In this document: positions 10,966 to 22,128 of the stretch, one piece after another
How positions within the stretch are numbered: the first letter of the stretch is position 1
Layout: every line of letters begins with the position of its first letter
Assembly: GCF_964204865.1 (NCBI RefSeq)
Contig: NC_135252.1
Span: 1,178,001 to 1,242,000, forward strand
Direction: 5' to 3'
DNA from: Styela clava
Taxonomy: Eukaryota
DNA: 64,000 nt
The notes under the pieces: generated by a model
What the model saw: the letters and a program-made list of their open reading frames with translations, nothing else
Told to the model about the DNA's origin: nothing
Database searches by the model: none
Program-made: the position numbers and the translations under genes

Positions 10966-13166
10966 TGGCGCAATACGTTGTACGAGGTGATGTTGGTATA
11001 CTATGTATTAACAATCCACCGGTAAACGCATTAAGCATAAGAACATCTGAAGCTATGTTGAAGTGTATTGAAGCGTCTATGAAAGACCACACCGTTGGCT
11101 TGGTTTTATGCGGAACGGGTAAACAGTTTTCTGCTGGGGCTGATATAACGGAATTCGAAACATCCAATGAAGGAAGATTGACTGCGTTGATAGATGTAAC
11201 AAATGCTTTGGAAGCAAGCACTAAACCCGTTGTTGCTGCATTGCATGGATATGCACTGGGAGGCGGTTTAGAACTGGCACTTGCAAGCCATTATCGAATT
11301 GCTGAAAGTGGTGCAAGGTTTGGACTCCCTGAGGTAAAGCTGGGTATTTTGCCTGCTGCAGGTGGAACACAAAGACTCCCACGGCTCATCGGACTTGATA
11401 TGGCAATGGAGTGGATTTCTTCCGGAAAGGTATATTCAGCAGAACATGCAGCTCGTGTTGGGATCTTGGACCAAATAGTTCCAGATGGATCTGATATTGT
11501 AGATGCTGCAGTAAGGTTTGTAAAGGAGGCTGCAAAACAGTCTTTAACTGAAAGAAGATTGTCTTCTCTAGTTGTCAAAGATCGGCACCAAGTTGAAGAA
11601 ATTACCGCTAAGCATTTGTCATTGCTACATAAAAAATCTCGTGGGCAGATTTCTCCAATTGCTTGTATCCAAGCTGTTAGGTTTTCTGCAATAGCCGAAT
11701 TTTCTGAAGGGATGAAAAAAGAAGCTGAACTATTCAAAACACTTGTAACATCAGGTCAAGCTTCAGGGCTGATGCACTCCTTTTTTGCACAGAGGCAAAT
11801 ACGAAACTGGAGTGTGCCTTCGAATACCAGCATAAATTGGGCGACTTCTAACGCTATTCAAGTCAAGAAAGGTGCTGTAATTGGGCTTGGAACGATGGGT
11901 CGTGGAATTGCTATCAATTTTTTACAAGCAGGTATCCCAATATTTGCGATGGAACATGATGAATTATTGTTGGCATCTGGTTTAAAAAATGTACATGCAA
12001 TAATAGATTCAATGGCAAAACACAAAGTCATCACAGCAAACCAACAAGAAAAAATGAGAAGATCTATTCAAGGAACTATGTCATACTCTGACTTAAAAAA
12101 TGTAGATTTGGTGATCGAAGCTGTTATTGAAGAGATTGAGGCTAAGAAAAATGTTTTCCAAAGTTTAGACCAGGCATGCAAAACATCTGCAATACTTGCT
12201 TCAAACACGAGTGCACTGGATATTGATGAAATTGCTTCTTTCACACGTCGACCAGACAAAGTGATGGGAATGCATTTCTTCGCACCCGCAGATAGAATGA
12301 GTCTCCTAGAAAATGTTTATGGTGCTAAGACATCAGGTGAAACAATTGCAACTTGTATGTCAATGGGGAAGATTATGAAAAAAGTGACTGTACTGGTAGG
12401 AAACTGTTATGGCTTTGTTGCCAACAGAATGTATGTCAACTACATGGTTGAGTCTGATTTTCTCCTGGAAGAGGGCTGTTATCCTCAAATTGTTGACAGA
12501 GCAATAACTGATTATGGGTTTGCAATGGGTCGTTATTTGGTTGGGGATCTTTCTGGAAATGATGTACTATATCGTGTAAGACACGCCGCTGGATTAACAG
12601 TAGATCAACAACCTCAAAGGGCACCCATAAGACATAGGAATGGAAAGCGATATTGTCCTCTTTCAGATTATCTATATGCTAAAGGGAGATATGGTTTCAA
12701 AACAGGCAAGGGATGGTATGATTATGAGCAAGGTTCAACTGTGCCAAAATCTTCTCCGGAGGTCGTAGAAATGATTGACAATTATAGAATGGAAGTTGGT
12801 GTGAAACCACGTAGAATTGATCATGAGGAGATATTGGAGAGAATGCTGTACCCCCTTATCAACGAAGGGTTCAAATGTCTCGATGAAGGTTATGCGTCGA
12901 GCCCACTTGATATTGACATGGTTTGGATACATGGCTATACTTGGCCAAAGCATACAGGTGGGCCCATGTTCTATGCCCAGACTGTTGGGCTGCCAAGGTT
13001 GCTGGAGGTTATAGAAAAATTCCATAATAAATATGGTGATGGTGCTCCACACTGGCAACCTAGTGAAATGCTGATTAGAATAGTGAGAGAGTGCGGGAAT
13101 CCACCAATGGAGGAATGGATGCGCTATGCGAGAGGCCACATTAGTCTTTTGCAGAGCAGACTTTAA
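10965..13166 (+). CDS. EHHADH: Peroxisomal bifunctional enzyme (enoyl-CoA hydratase / 3-hydroxyacyl-CoA dehydrogenase), intronless CDS
   Basis: Crotonase motifs FSAGADI, GGGLELA and GLPEVKLGILP. NAD-binding VIGLGTMGRGIA, ASNTSAL and GMHFF. C-terminal GYTWPKHTGGPMFYA..GNPPMEEW resembles the animal enzyme; ends in PTS1 SRL. First ATG is 10965 (the ORF-track start at 10902 is TTG). Confidence 0.96.
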   Translation: MAQYVVRGDVGILCINNPPVNALSIRTSEAMLKCIEASMKDHTVGLVLCGTGKQFSAGADITEFETSNEGRLTALIDVTNALEASTKPVVAALHGYALGGGLELALASHYRIAESGARFGLPEVKLGILPAAGGTQRLPRLIGLDMAMEWISSGKVYSAEHAARVGILDQIVPDGSDIVDAAVRFVKEAAKQSLTERRLSSLVVKDRHQVEEITAKHLSLLHKKSRGQISPIACIQAVRFSAIAEFSEGMKKEAELFKTLVTSGQASGLMHSFFAQRQIRNWSVPSNTSINWATSNAIQVKKGAVIGLGTMGRGIAINFLQAGIPIFAMEHDELLLASGLKNVHAIIDSMAKHKVITANQQEKMRRSIQGTMSYSDLKNVDLVIEAVIEEIEAKKNVFQSLDQACKTSAILASNTSALDIDEIASFTRRPDKVMGMHFFAPADRMSLLENVYGAKTSGETIATCMSMGKIMKKVTVLVGNCYGFVANRMYVNYMVESDFLLEEGCYPQIVDRAITDYGFAMGRYLVGDLSGNDVLYRVRHAAGLTVDQQPQRAPIRHRNGKRYCPLSDYLYAKGRYGFKTGKGWYDYEQGSTVPKSSPEVVEMIDNYRMEVGVKPRRIDHEEILERMLYPLINEGFKCLDEGYASSPLDIDMVWIHGYTWPKHTGGPMFYAQTVGLPRLLEVIEKFHNKYGDGAPHWQPSEMLIRIVRECGNPPMEEWMRYARGHISLLQSRL

Positions 13167-14018
13167 AAATGTATTTGCAATGTTTATGTTAATCTATGCA
13201 AAATTAATTTACAATGCTCTTTCAAATACCTGTCTATATGCATTTGCCAATCAATTAAAAACAATTTTTTCCCACAGCTACAATAAATCCTTTTAATTCA
13301 CTGTAAGCAAGATAACATAATATATGGGTCTATAATCAGCATAAAAAAGATTTCAGTACAAACATTCAACCATATTGTGCATAGATTGTTCTGAATTTAT
13401 GAAATTAGTGTTATGCGCTGTATGATCGCAGCTGTCCAAACAAGCTACAGAGGATGCTATCTTGACCGATAATTTCAATATCAGGCAAAGAAAAATTGGA
13501 GGCATAAGAACCAGTTGGCTCACAGGACAAAATACCTAATATTCAGATCAGACCCACGATATGGTAAAAACACATGGAGAATTATTTCAAGGCGAAATAT
13601 CTAATACAGACAAAAAGGGACGTTTCTCCATCAATGATGAAATACTTTTATTAGTATGGTGGTATATAACAATATTTGTGAGAGTCCGGGAATATCTGAA
13701 TGCACAAGGAGAGCATCCATCAATTTTTTAGTTCACATTTCAGACTAAAATAGTCTTATCCAGATTCCATTTTATGCTGTTTTTCCTAACACTAATGTGT
13801 GTTTTTAGGGCAGATACTCTATATATATATCCTCAGTATGAATAGACCCTATGGCGACCAAACTCTTTATACGTCCATAAAGTTTTGTGAAATCGCCCAA
13901 ATACACAATTGAATATAAAAAATGTACTTAAATTATATTCTAGTCAGAAAAGATAAATATAATATTTCCTAGCACTGTCCACCATCAAAGCAGCACCCTT
14001 GAAACATTGATAAATTCG

Positions 14019-17000
14019 TCATTTTTTCGCATCCTTTTCATCAGTTTGTGCCATCTTTACTGCTTTTCCATATTTTGCATCAAAACCGAGGCCTAAATAA
14101 ACGCATAACTCATTTAAATTCACAAAGTTACATCACCAAGTATATAAATAGTACAAAACTGAATGATTTTAGATGGAATTATTCTTATATATTGTAAAGA
14201 CACCTCACCTGCAAATACCAACAATGCTCCAAACCACTGCAATGATGTCAACGGGTTTTGGAATAAGATAACAGAACCTAATATAGTGAAAAATTTTCTT
14301 GTTGTTGTTATGATTGAACAAGTTAATGGCCCAAAATACACAACCTGAGAAATAAATATAGGATTAGAAATGTATCAAGGTGTAAGTGTAGAGTAAATTT
14401 AATGCACATGTAAAAAATCTACTTACTGTTAAAAATATAAAGTGTTGTCCAAACGCTGATGTTAGACTGAACATTGCTAAATGGCTTATTACTTGCGGAT
14501 GCTTGTATATAAAACGAAAACATGCTAATCCTTGGCCATTGACGCAAAGAGCTGTGAAACACAAATATGATTTTAAGTGAAACAGTTATAACATAATAAT
14601 ATATTTTAAGATATAACAATCCAAGTGTGAATATACCCATGAAAAGCAATATTGTCGACCATAAGTTTACGTTGTACATCATGTGATGTTGGTTAGTGGA
14701 ATGCTTAGAACGCATGTTCTCCTGAGTAACTCCAGTTAGGCCATCGAGTGTAAGTGATATAATCTGAAAAACACGTTATGGGCTTTCATTCCATATGGTT
14801 TCATTAGGAAATTTGTTTAAAAATAAAAGTCAATATTTTTCTATATAATAGACGGTTATCGCACAAAAGTACTAATACTGAATGTACAGGGCAGGCTACC
14901 AAAGCAGATGGAACATATTTAGGTAAATTATTCACTATTCTTCAAACACTACAATTAAGTGTTATGCCAGTTATGAAATAATGCCCTCCTTAGAAAGCGA
15001 CAGCAGGTTATAATATCTTCTTGTGATATTTTCTGCAGCTAGGTTCAATGACTACCAATGTGAAACTGTAGTGCATTCAACAATATCTTACCAAAAGAAT
15101 TTCACCGTATCCAAAAACTGAATCACTGGTCGTCTTATTATTGTTTTCTTTATACATGAATGAAGCTACTCCAGCAACGATCATTAGAACACAAAAATAT
15201 TTCGCCAATGGATATCTCTTCTTTGCTAAAATAACCCCTAATATCATCACTGGTATAGGCTTACACGATTTACCTAAAACCTGCAATGAAATTTATGAAT
15301 GAAAGAGTAAAATGAAATAATGATAATGTATGATTTGAGAATAATTCTTAATTGAGATTTCAAAACAGTAATAACATAAAAAAATTTAACTTTTATATTT
15401 GTCTAATACTCGAATGTAAACAAAATATAGCCACTGCCAATAACTGGGATCTTTAAATTCTGTTATCCAATAATTAGCCTACCTGAGTTGGATAATTGAT
15501 ATATTGTAAAGCTTGGTTGCTCGCTACCATCGCTCCCATGTAACATACAGAACATGATGCATATAACATAGTTGGAGTGGAGTCGACACCAGGTCTGGTC
15601 ACAAAATGAGAAACTGTAAAATAAGATTCAATCTCAGACAATAACCAAATTGTAGCCTGTAAGCAAAATCATATCAACTACTTACTTAATTTTGCAAATA
15701 TGGCATTGACAATGCATTGGAAAAATACAAGTGCTTGTGGAAATATAAATCTTTCGCCATCATAATCGCCACGATTTCTGCAATAATAATGTGGTATTAA
15801 ATAAGTAACCATCTGTGGCGTAACAGTATCAAATTATTCCGTAACATGATAAACTTGGACTAAGTAAAAATTAGTGATTCGTATTAATAGGTTATATTAT
15901 GGAATTCTTTCAAAGTTTGCATAGTCCACCATACATGTTAACAAGCCAATTGTAATAAAGAAATGAGCATATACCGTAACTAAGTTGGTGAGTGTCAAAT
16001 GTCCAAGAATAATGTATATTATCAACTGTGATAACAAAAGTTAATGGGTGCATATATTTTTATGTACCAATAAGGCAATATCTACCAAATCCTAAAGCAA
16101 TGCAAAAATAGCTTCAACAGCCCCAAGTATATGTAACTTATGTTATGTCTGCATGTAGACTAGCTGCTTGTCCACAGTCATGTTCAGAATGAAAAGAACC
16201 CACATGATAAACTGGAAAAGCGAATACCAGAAGTGCTATTGAAAAAAAACGTACATTTTTTCTTGGCATAATCCAAATAGAAGATAGAGGAAGAATATGC
16301 CAAAAAAGCAGACAAGAAGACGCTCCGATGATCTGGTATCTATGGTGGGTGCCATTGTCTGGAAACAGCTGACTTATAGTAACGCCGTCCCACCGCGGAC
16401 GCCTTCGATCAATTAAAGTTATTTACCGATATTCCCAACTACTTTTCCTATCTCACAATTTGCAATAACTGGCTAGGGCATAAGCGTGCAAACACGACAA
16501 ACGCTAAGCAAGCATTGATTTGATACTCAAGCAATATTGCCAACACGCGCCAGACAAAACGTCATAATACTATTCAAGCATGTCGTTTACACGTCGAATT
16601 TTTGGAATCACTCGAGTGGATCGCAAATTGTCAAACTGGCTTGCGGCGCTGGTCGGTGACGGCGATAGCCGTTATTGTTTCAACCCTGTGCTGTTTGTTT
16701 ACGGTAAGTATCGGCGATTGAACGCAATTGCACTTCAGGCAACTTGATGTGAAAGTTTATTCACAATATTTCGCTTTCGAGTATGTTGGCTATACATATA
16801 TATGGCGGAGATAAATATTCAATAGCTTTCAATACTTACAAAACTTCTTGTAAAATTCCGTACATAAGATAAAATACGAATATTCCAGTGGCATAGCAAA
16901 TCAGCTGAGGTATTTGGTGTTGCCTTGAATATTTCGTCGCTTGAGGAGACAGGTACTTTTCTACCATTCGATCCAAAATGTGGCTTAAATCGAGAAACCA

Positions 17001-17099
17001 TATTCGTTTTTCCGATGCTGTCGACGTAAGACCGTTTGCACTGTCGCCATGTATTGCAACGATCTGATATTCCGATGAATCGGGCTCAACTTTCATCAT
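14019..17099 (-). CDS. SLC35B1: Solute carrier family 35 member B1 (UGTrel1/AXER), spliced
   Basis: Exon 1a 17099-16840 or 1b 16355-16255, then 15777-15686, 15613-15483, 15280-15092, 14763-14637, 14551-14427, 14344-14209 and 14092-14019; all GT-AG and in phase. Motifs [56 protein letters not shown]; Lys-rich tail. Confidence 0.95.
16255..16355 (-). CDS. SLC35B1: Alternative first coding exon 1b of SLC35B1
   Basis: [33 protein letters not shown](I). Phase-2 donor GTACGT matches exon 2; encodes TM1, homologous to the end of exon 1a. Confidence 0.85.
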
Positions 17100-17861
17100 C
17101 TTTTTCAATATGAAATAGAGATATACAATCGTCCACGACGCATAACTGTAACTGCTATCGAATCACAATATGAAAATATTGATTAGTAACAATGACAACT
17201 TGAAACTCAGCTGCGAGTACTGATTTAATGGTCGCCCGTTCCACTTGAGCTGCGATCGATATCGAGAGGAAATTTGCTATCTAACGGTTATCCCGAGTGT
17301 ACGCAACAATACCGTCTTCTTTTTGAATATTGTACTTGAATCGTTTTCGTAAATCCATCAGGGAAACTATATTATTATCGCCACGGTCGCTTTCGTCATG
17401 TGGCTGCCCGAGGCCATGAAACTAACAATCCTAGGGTGGGATGCGCCGTGCGTTGCTGTTTAGTCGAAACCTTAGAATACATATTCTAATGCTTACCATA
17501 TATCTGAAGCAAAAACGGGATAGTGCGGATTGGACAAGCCAACCTTGGTTCGATTCCAGAGGCTTAGTACGGTAAAAGTTTACATGTTTTCCATACCATT
17601 GTGGGTAGATAACGGGCATCAAAATCAGCTGTAAATCCTATTAAAATATCCTCTATTCTTCTATTGGTCTTAGAAGACTTGGACTTTGTTTTCCGGCATT
17701 TTGATAATTTACCGACAGTACAGTTGATTGTTGAATGAACGCATGGTTCATACTTCATACCAATAACATAATAATTTTCTTCTCTATCTCAACTAGTGAA
17801 GTGAGAGTGGTGAATCGGCTGCATCCGTTTAAATAAAACAATTTTGTGATAGTATATAATT

Positions 17862-20189
17862 CCGGGGTCGCCAACACGTCGATCGCGTCTGATATTGGTA
17901 AATTTTATAACATACCCCAAAAAATTGCCTTGAAATAGTTTCACGCCTGTCGTGTGTTTTAAAACATGACCAATGCGGTACTTTACATGTATAAAAAAGA
18001 TACAGTATATATATATATATACAATATTTGTGGCTGGGCAAGCCCGATAAAGCGTATTATTACGTAACTGTTACGTTGTAAACGTACGTTTGTTGTATAT
18101 TTTGCCACTGTATGCAGTGCATCGTGCTCTGCCTTGTATCCAATCATTGTAGACCCATTATTACCCTTTTCCCCTTTGTTTTTAGCGTAAATTAGTATTA
18201 TTATCTATTGTCTGGTTTAGCGTTTTCCTTTTGGTCATTTGCATCACGTATCGTCGTGTAAAGAGTCGCAGATATTTGTCTGTATGGTGGACTGTTTATT
18301 TATCTGTTATATATTGTAATTGTATTAGCCTCCCGGATCGGAAAACGTTTGGTGAGAAATTTGCCTTTTGTTGTTGTTATATGCTTTGACTTATGTTAAT
18401 CAATTGTGTTTTATTTATTTAAGAAAACCGCTGTTCTTTGCCAAGTATATAAAGAAGAAGTGATTTATGCACGTGTCTTGTTTGTGGACAAAGGGGCTGA
18501 GAGTGGCGCGTTCGATACGTTTTCATTGTGTCTCGTCGATATAGATTCCGGGCTATCAAAAGACGTGACATAACAAATATAAGTTTCGCCGCTGCCGAGG
18601 GGTAAAATGAACGTGCCGAATATCGTGTGTCTCGACTAACAAATGACCCTACAATAATATCAATCAATCAATTTTATTTCGGTCGCTCTGGTATAAAACA
18701 AAACAACGACAAACGAACAAACACAAAACTGACAAAACGCAGAGGGCCTGGAGGACGGGCATAACTTAAAGACAAAGTTAAAAACGTGAAAATAAAATAC
18801 GCGCCCGTCCTCCAAATACAGTCAAATAATACAATAAAAAATAAAAATACACGATACAGAATCGAGCAATAACTTCAAATAAATTGATTCAATTATGCAA
18901 ACACTGATCAGAGGAAGAACAGGGCAACACTTTATAAGAAATAGAAAAATTGATAGATTTTTTGTTGACACGATTGTGATGGGGTGCAATATTAGCGGGA
19001 ATACAAAATGTTACATAAAAATTTTGTTGCAACTATATCAAGAAATATTATTGCATTGCCAAAAACACAAATACGACTAAATTTAAAAATACAAGGTTTG
19101 AAAAAACTTAATATAGCATACGAGTGAGCTTCTAGCAATGTCACACGAAACAATAATGCAAAAATAATGTGTAATTGTGTCACACTCCACACATCTAAAA
19201 AAATTAGCATATCAGTGATCTAAACATTCCCTGTTGCACCCAAACGACTGCAATTCATATGAACAAACTCACACACATAATTGTTAGGGCTGTCCAAAAT
19301 CGAATAATTTTTTGATTCGAATCGAATATTTTCGCCGAATCGAACCGAATAATCGAACATTATTGCGCAATCCTAAATCTGTCTCTATTATACAATAAAC
19401 GCCTGCCCTTCGATGTTGTGGTGATGTATGTGCAGTTACATCTTACTTACTGCAATACAATATTTTGCAATACAATGTTTTCAGATTTATGAAAGGAGAT
19501 CACACGCTTGTATGAACTGGTCAAAAAAATTTGAGAACTCCAAAATTTGGGTCTCGAAAATTGTTGAGTGTTAAGGGTAAAAATGGCAATCTCAATTCTA
19601 ATGGATTCAGTTTCAATAGGACATGAAACTGAATCCATTGGAATTGCGTGTGATCTGAACATATGCAGATTGCCAAGTTATTGTATCACTGTCAAGAGTA
19701 GTGTGATACATTTTATTTGCAACGTAAGCAGTGACATCAGTATGCCTATTTTTTTCCAATTTCAAGCCAGCAAAGAATCGGATTTGGAGGAAATTGGATA
19801 TTGAAGTTTGAGCAGATAATACATGGATACTTGGCAAGGCTTTTGAAGAATTTTCGACACTTACGACTAAAATCAGACTGGCCTCAGATCTGAATTTTTT
19901 GATTCGAATATATCTTAAATAAATGAAGACATTTACTTCGGTTACAATTACATAATGAAGTTAACAAATTGAATGGAACGTAAAAAATACAAATGTTTGT
20001 GGCGATTGTATAAAGAATGCGCCCACCGAGCCGAGGTTATTGACAGCGGTGCATTTTTTTGTATGCGTGTGTGCAGTTATATCTGCATACTCATTCGATT
20101 ATGTGTATGGCCTTATTGCCGATCAGTCGATCGCGAACCATTTTTAAAACTTTAGTCGATCGCGGTCGAAAGAAGGTTGGCCACCCCTG
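17862..20189. mobile_element. Non-autonomous hAT element carrying nested insertions
   Basis: TIR CCGGGGTCGCCAAC...GTTGGCCACCCCTG with gtcgatcg subterminal motifs. A related inverted copy lies at ~42454-43130. Confidence 0.7.
18069..18570. mobile_element. Solo LTR (Gypsy-type)
   Basis: TGTTACGT...ACGTGACA termini and 4-bp TSD TAAC. The flanks are contiguous in the related repeat copy near 43030-43100. Confidence 0.85.
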
Positions 20190-21394
20190 ATATATCAAAG
20201 AGAAAAATTATTTATGACTGCCATACTGAAAAACCGGGACATTTAGGTCTACCATCGGAACGGCGGAAAAACTTGCTAACCTACATATTCTAGATACCGT
20301 AATATACTTAATAATTGTTTGTTCGCCAACCACCACGATCAAAACACGCTGGTCACGTAGTAAGATAAATTCATCCTCGCTGTAAATCAAGCTCAGGTAA
20401 AGATTTAAACAACTCACCGCTAAGGATGTTTCACGCTAAGACGGTTGCTTGCAAGAGAATCTTCAATAGTGGCAGAAGTTTCGTGGTTTTTGTTTATTCA
20501 TTTATGTTATCGTAGTGCTATTTTTCGTTAATTTAAGTAGACACACAGCATCCTGTTTTTGAAGCAGCGGATGTCTGGTCGGAGCTGAATTAATAATGCT
20601 AATTACATACGTCAACTTATGGGCTCATTGTATTTTTTTTTATTTAATATCATCCCGAAATAGTTTCTGATCATGTATGCATTGCATCAATTTGCATGGA
20701 CACATTATCATTCTGGTGTAAGTCGCTGATCGACTATTACGGTAAATTATTTCAGACGCTACATAACAGTGGTGGATGTTTGAAAATGATAGTGAATCGA
20801 CAATATCTTCACATTGCTATATCTTACGATTCGTGCGGAGGAGCACGTTGCACGCGACCTTATTTTAAATAAACAACCGCATCCGGCGACAATTCAGCGC
20901 TGTGGAGTCAAAGAAGTTTTACATTCGAACTCCAATCCACGGTTGACATAATTGTGACCCCGAAAAAACAACAACTTTGAAATCAATAACTTTGGAGAGC
21001 AAACAAAGCCTTATTTTATAACTTTCCATAGCTCAATTATGCTCTGTTTCTGTCGGGGATTTGACATGGACTATTCTACCTTTCAAAATCAGATTCAGGA
21101 TAATTCAAAATTTCGACTCCAGCATGTTTGAAATAAGGCCCATTTATCAATAGGAACATGCCAAATTCGTGACTCCATAGCCCATATACCTGTAATCACA
21201 ACGATAATATTCCGCAACAGCCTTTACCCCTTATACACCAATACCTTGCTCCAAAGAGCAGTCAATGTACTAAAACATATATTCATTTCAAATAAAACTC
21301 AACACAATCAAAGATTGAAAACAGTTCCTATATTTAAATATACAATGAGGGGTTAGGTTACAAATATAACAATTTCTTGGGGTACCCATAAAAC

Positions 21395-21504
21395 GGCACT
21401 CCTGAAGTATGCCCATCAAGATGTCGCACAACCTGAACCCTAACTTGGTACACAACCACAGTTCAGGTTGTGCGCCATCTTGGTGCGCATACTTCAGGAG
21501 GCCC
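21395..21504. mobile_element. 110-bp palindromic MITE (Merlin-like)
   Basis: Long TIRs GGCACTCCTGAAGTATGC../..GCATACTTCAGGAGGCC; 8-bp TSD CATAAAAC. Confidence 0.85.
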
Positions 21505-22128
21505 CATAAAACATTGATGTTTAAACAGTACCAAAATACTTGACAATTTTATAAAAAACAATAACGCCAGCTGTAAACAGCCTGAAAAATAGCTTGTACT
21601 GGTTATCATCCATGTGTTTTGTGACACATCTCAGAGGTAACAAATATTGCAACAGATTCATATGAAGGAAGTCGGTTGAAGCATAAATACACAAACATAA
21701 GACTGAAATACGCTCAGAAAATTAGGTGTCTGTACGGATAAGTTGAATCCCAAGTCTAACGAATAATAAGTGCAATCACTGAGTTTTCCACAGTTACCTC
21801 AAAAATTGAAGAAAATTGGTGTGGAAATTTTCTCATGTTAGACTAGGGCTGAATTTTGACAAACTTTATTCACATAGTAAGGTATATTTTCTTGAGTCGT
21901 GGAAGTGATTTCTGTCAGCGTTAGCCATGATGCAATTCCGTCATTGAATCTCTTACTTGCATAAAAGATTTGTATGCAAAATATACATCTTACAGCAGTC
22001 ACTAAATATATTGACAGTGGAGGCAGTTATAAATGGTAGTCTGACATGGCTGAACAAATCAATAGACTCAAATATATATTAAAAGTACTATTAAATAATA
22101 TCAAGGTGAATGAGATAAACAAATATGG

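Noticed and set aside
10895-13139. Antisense and alternate-frame ORFs inside EHHADH
   Set aside because: Shadow ORFs of a long coding sequence with no recognisable motifs.
10965-13166. Bacterial fadB horizontal transfer or contamination
   Set aside because: Animal EHHADH-like C-terminus with PTS1, host-like base composition, and contiguity with spliced genes.
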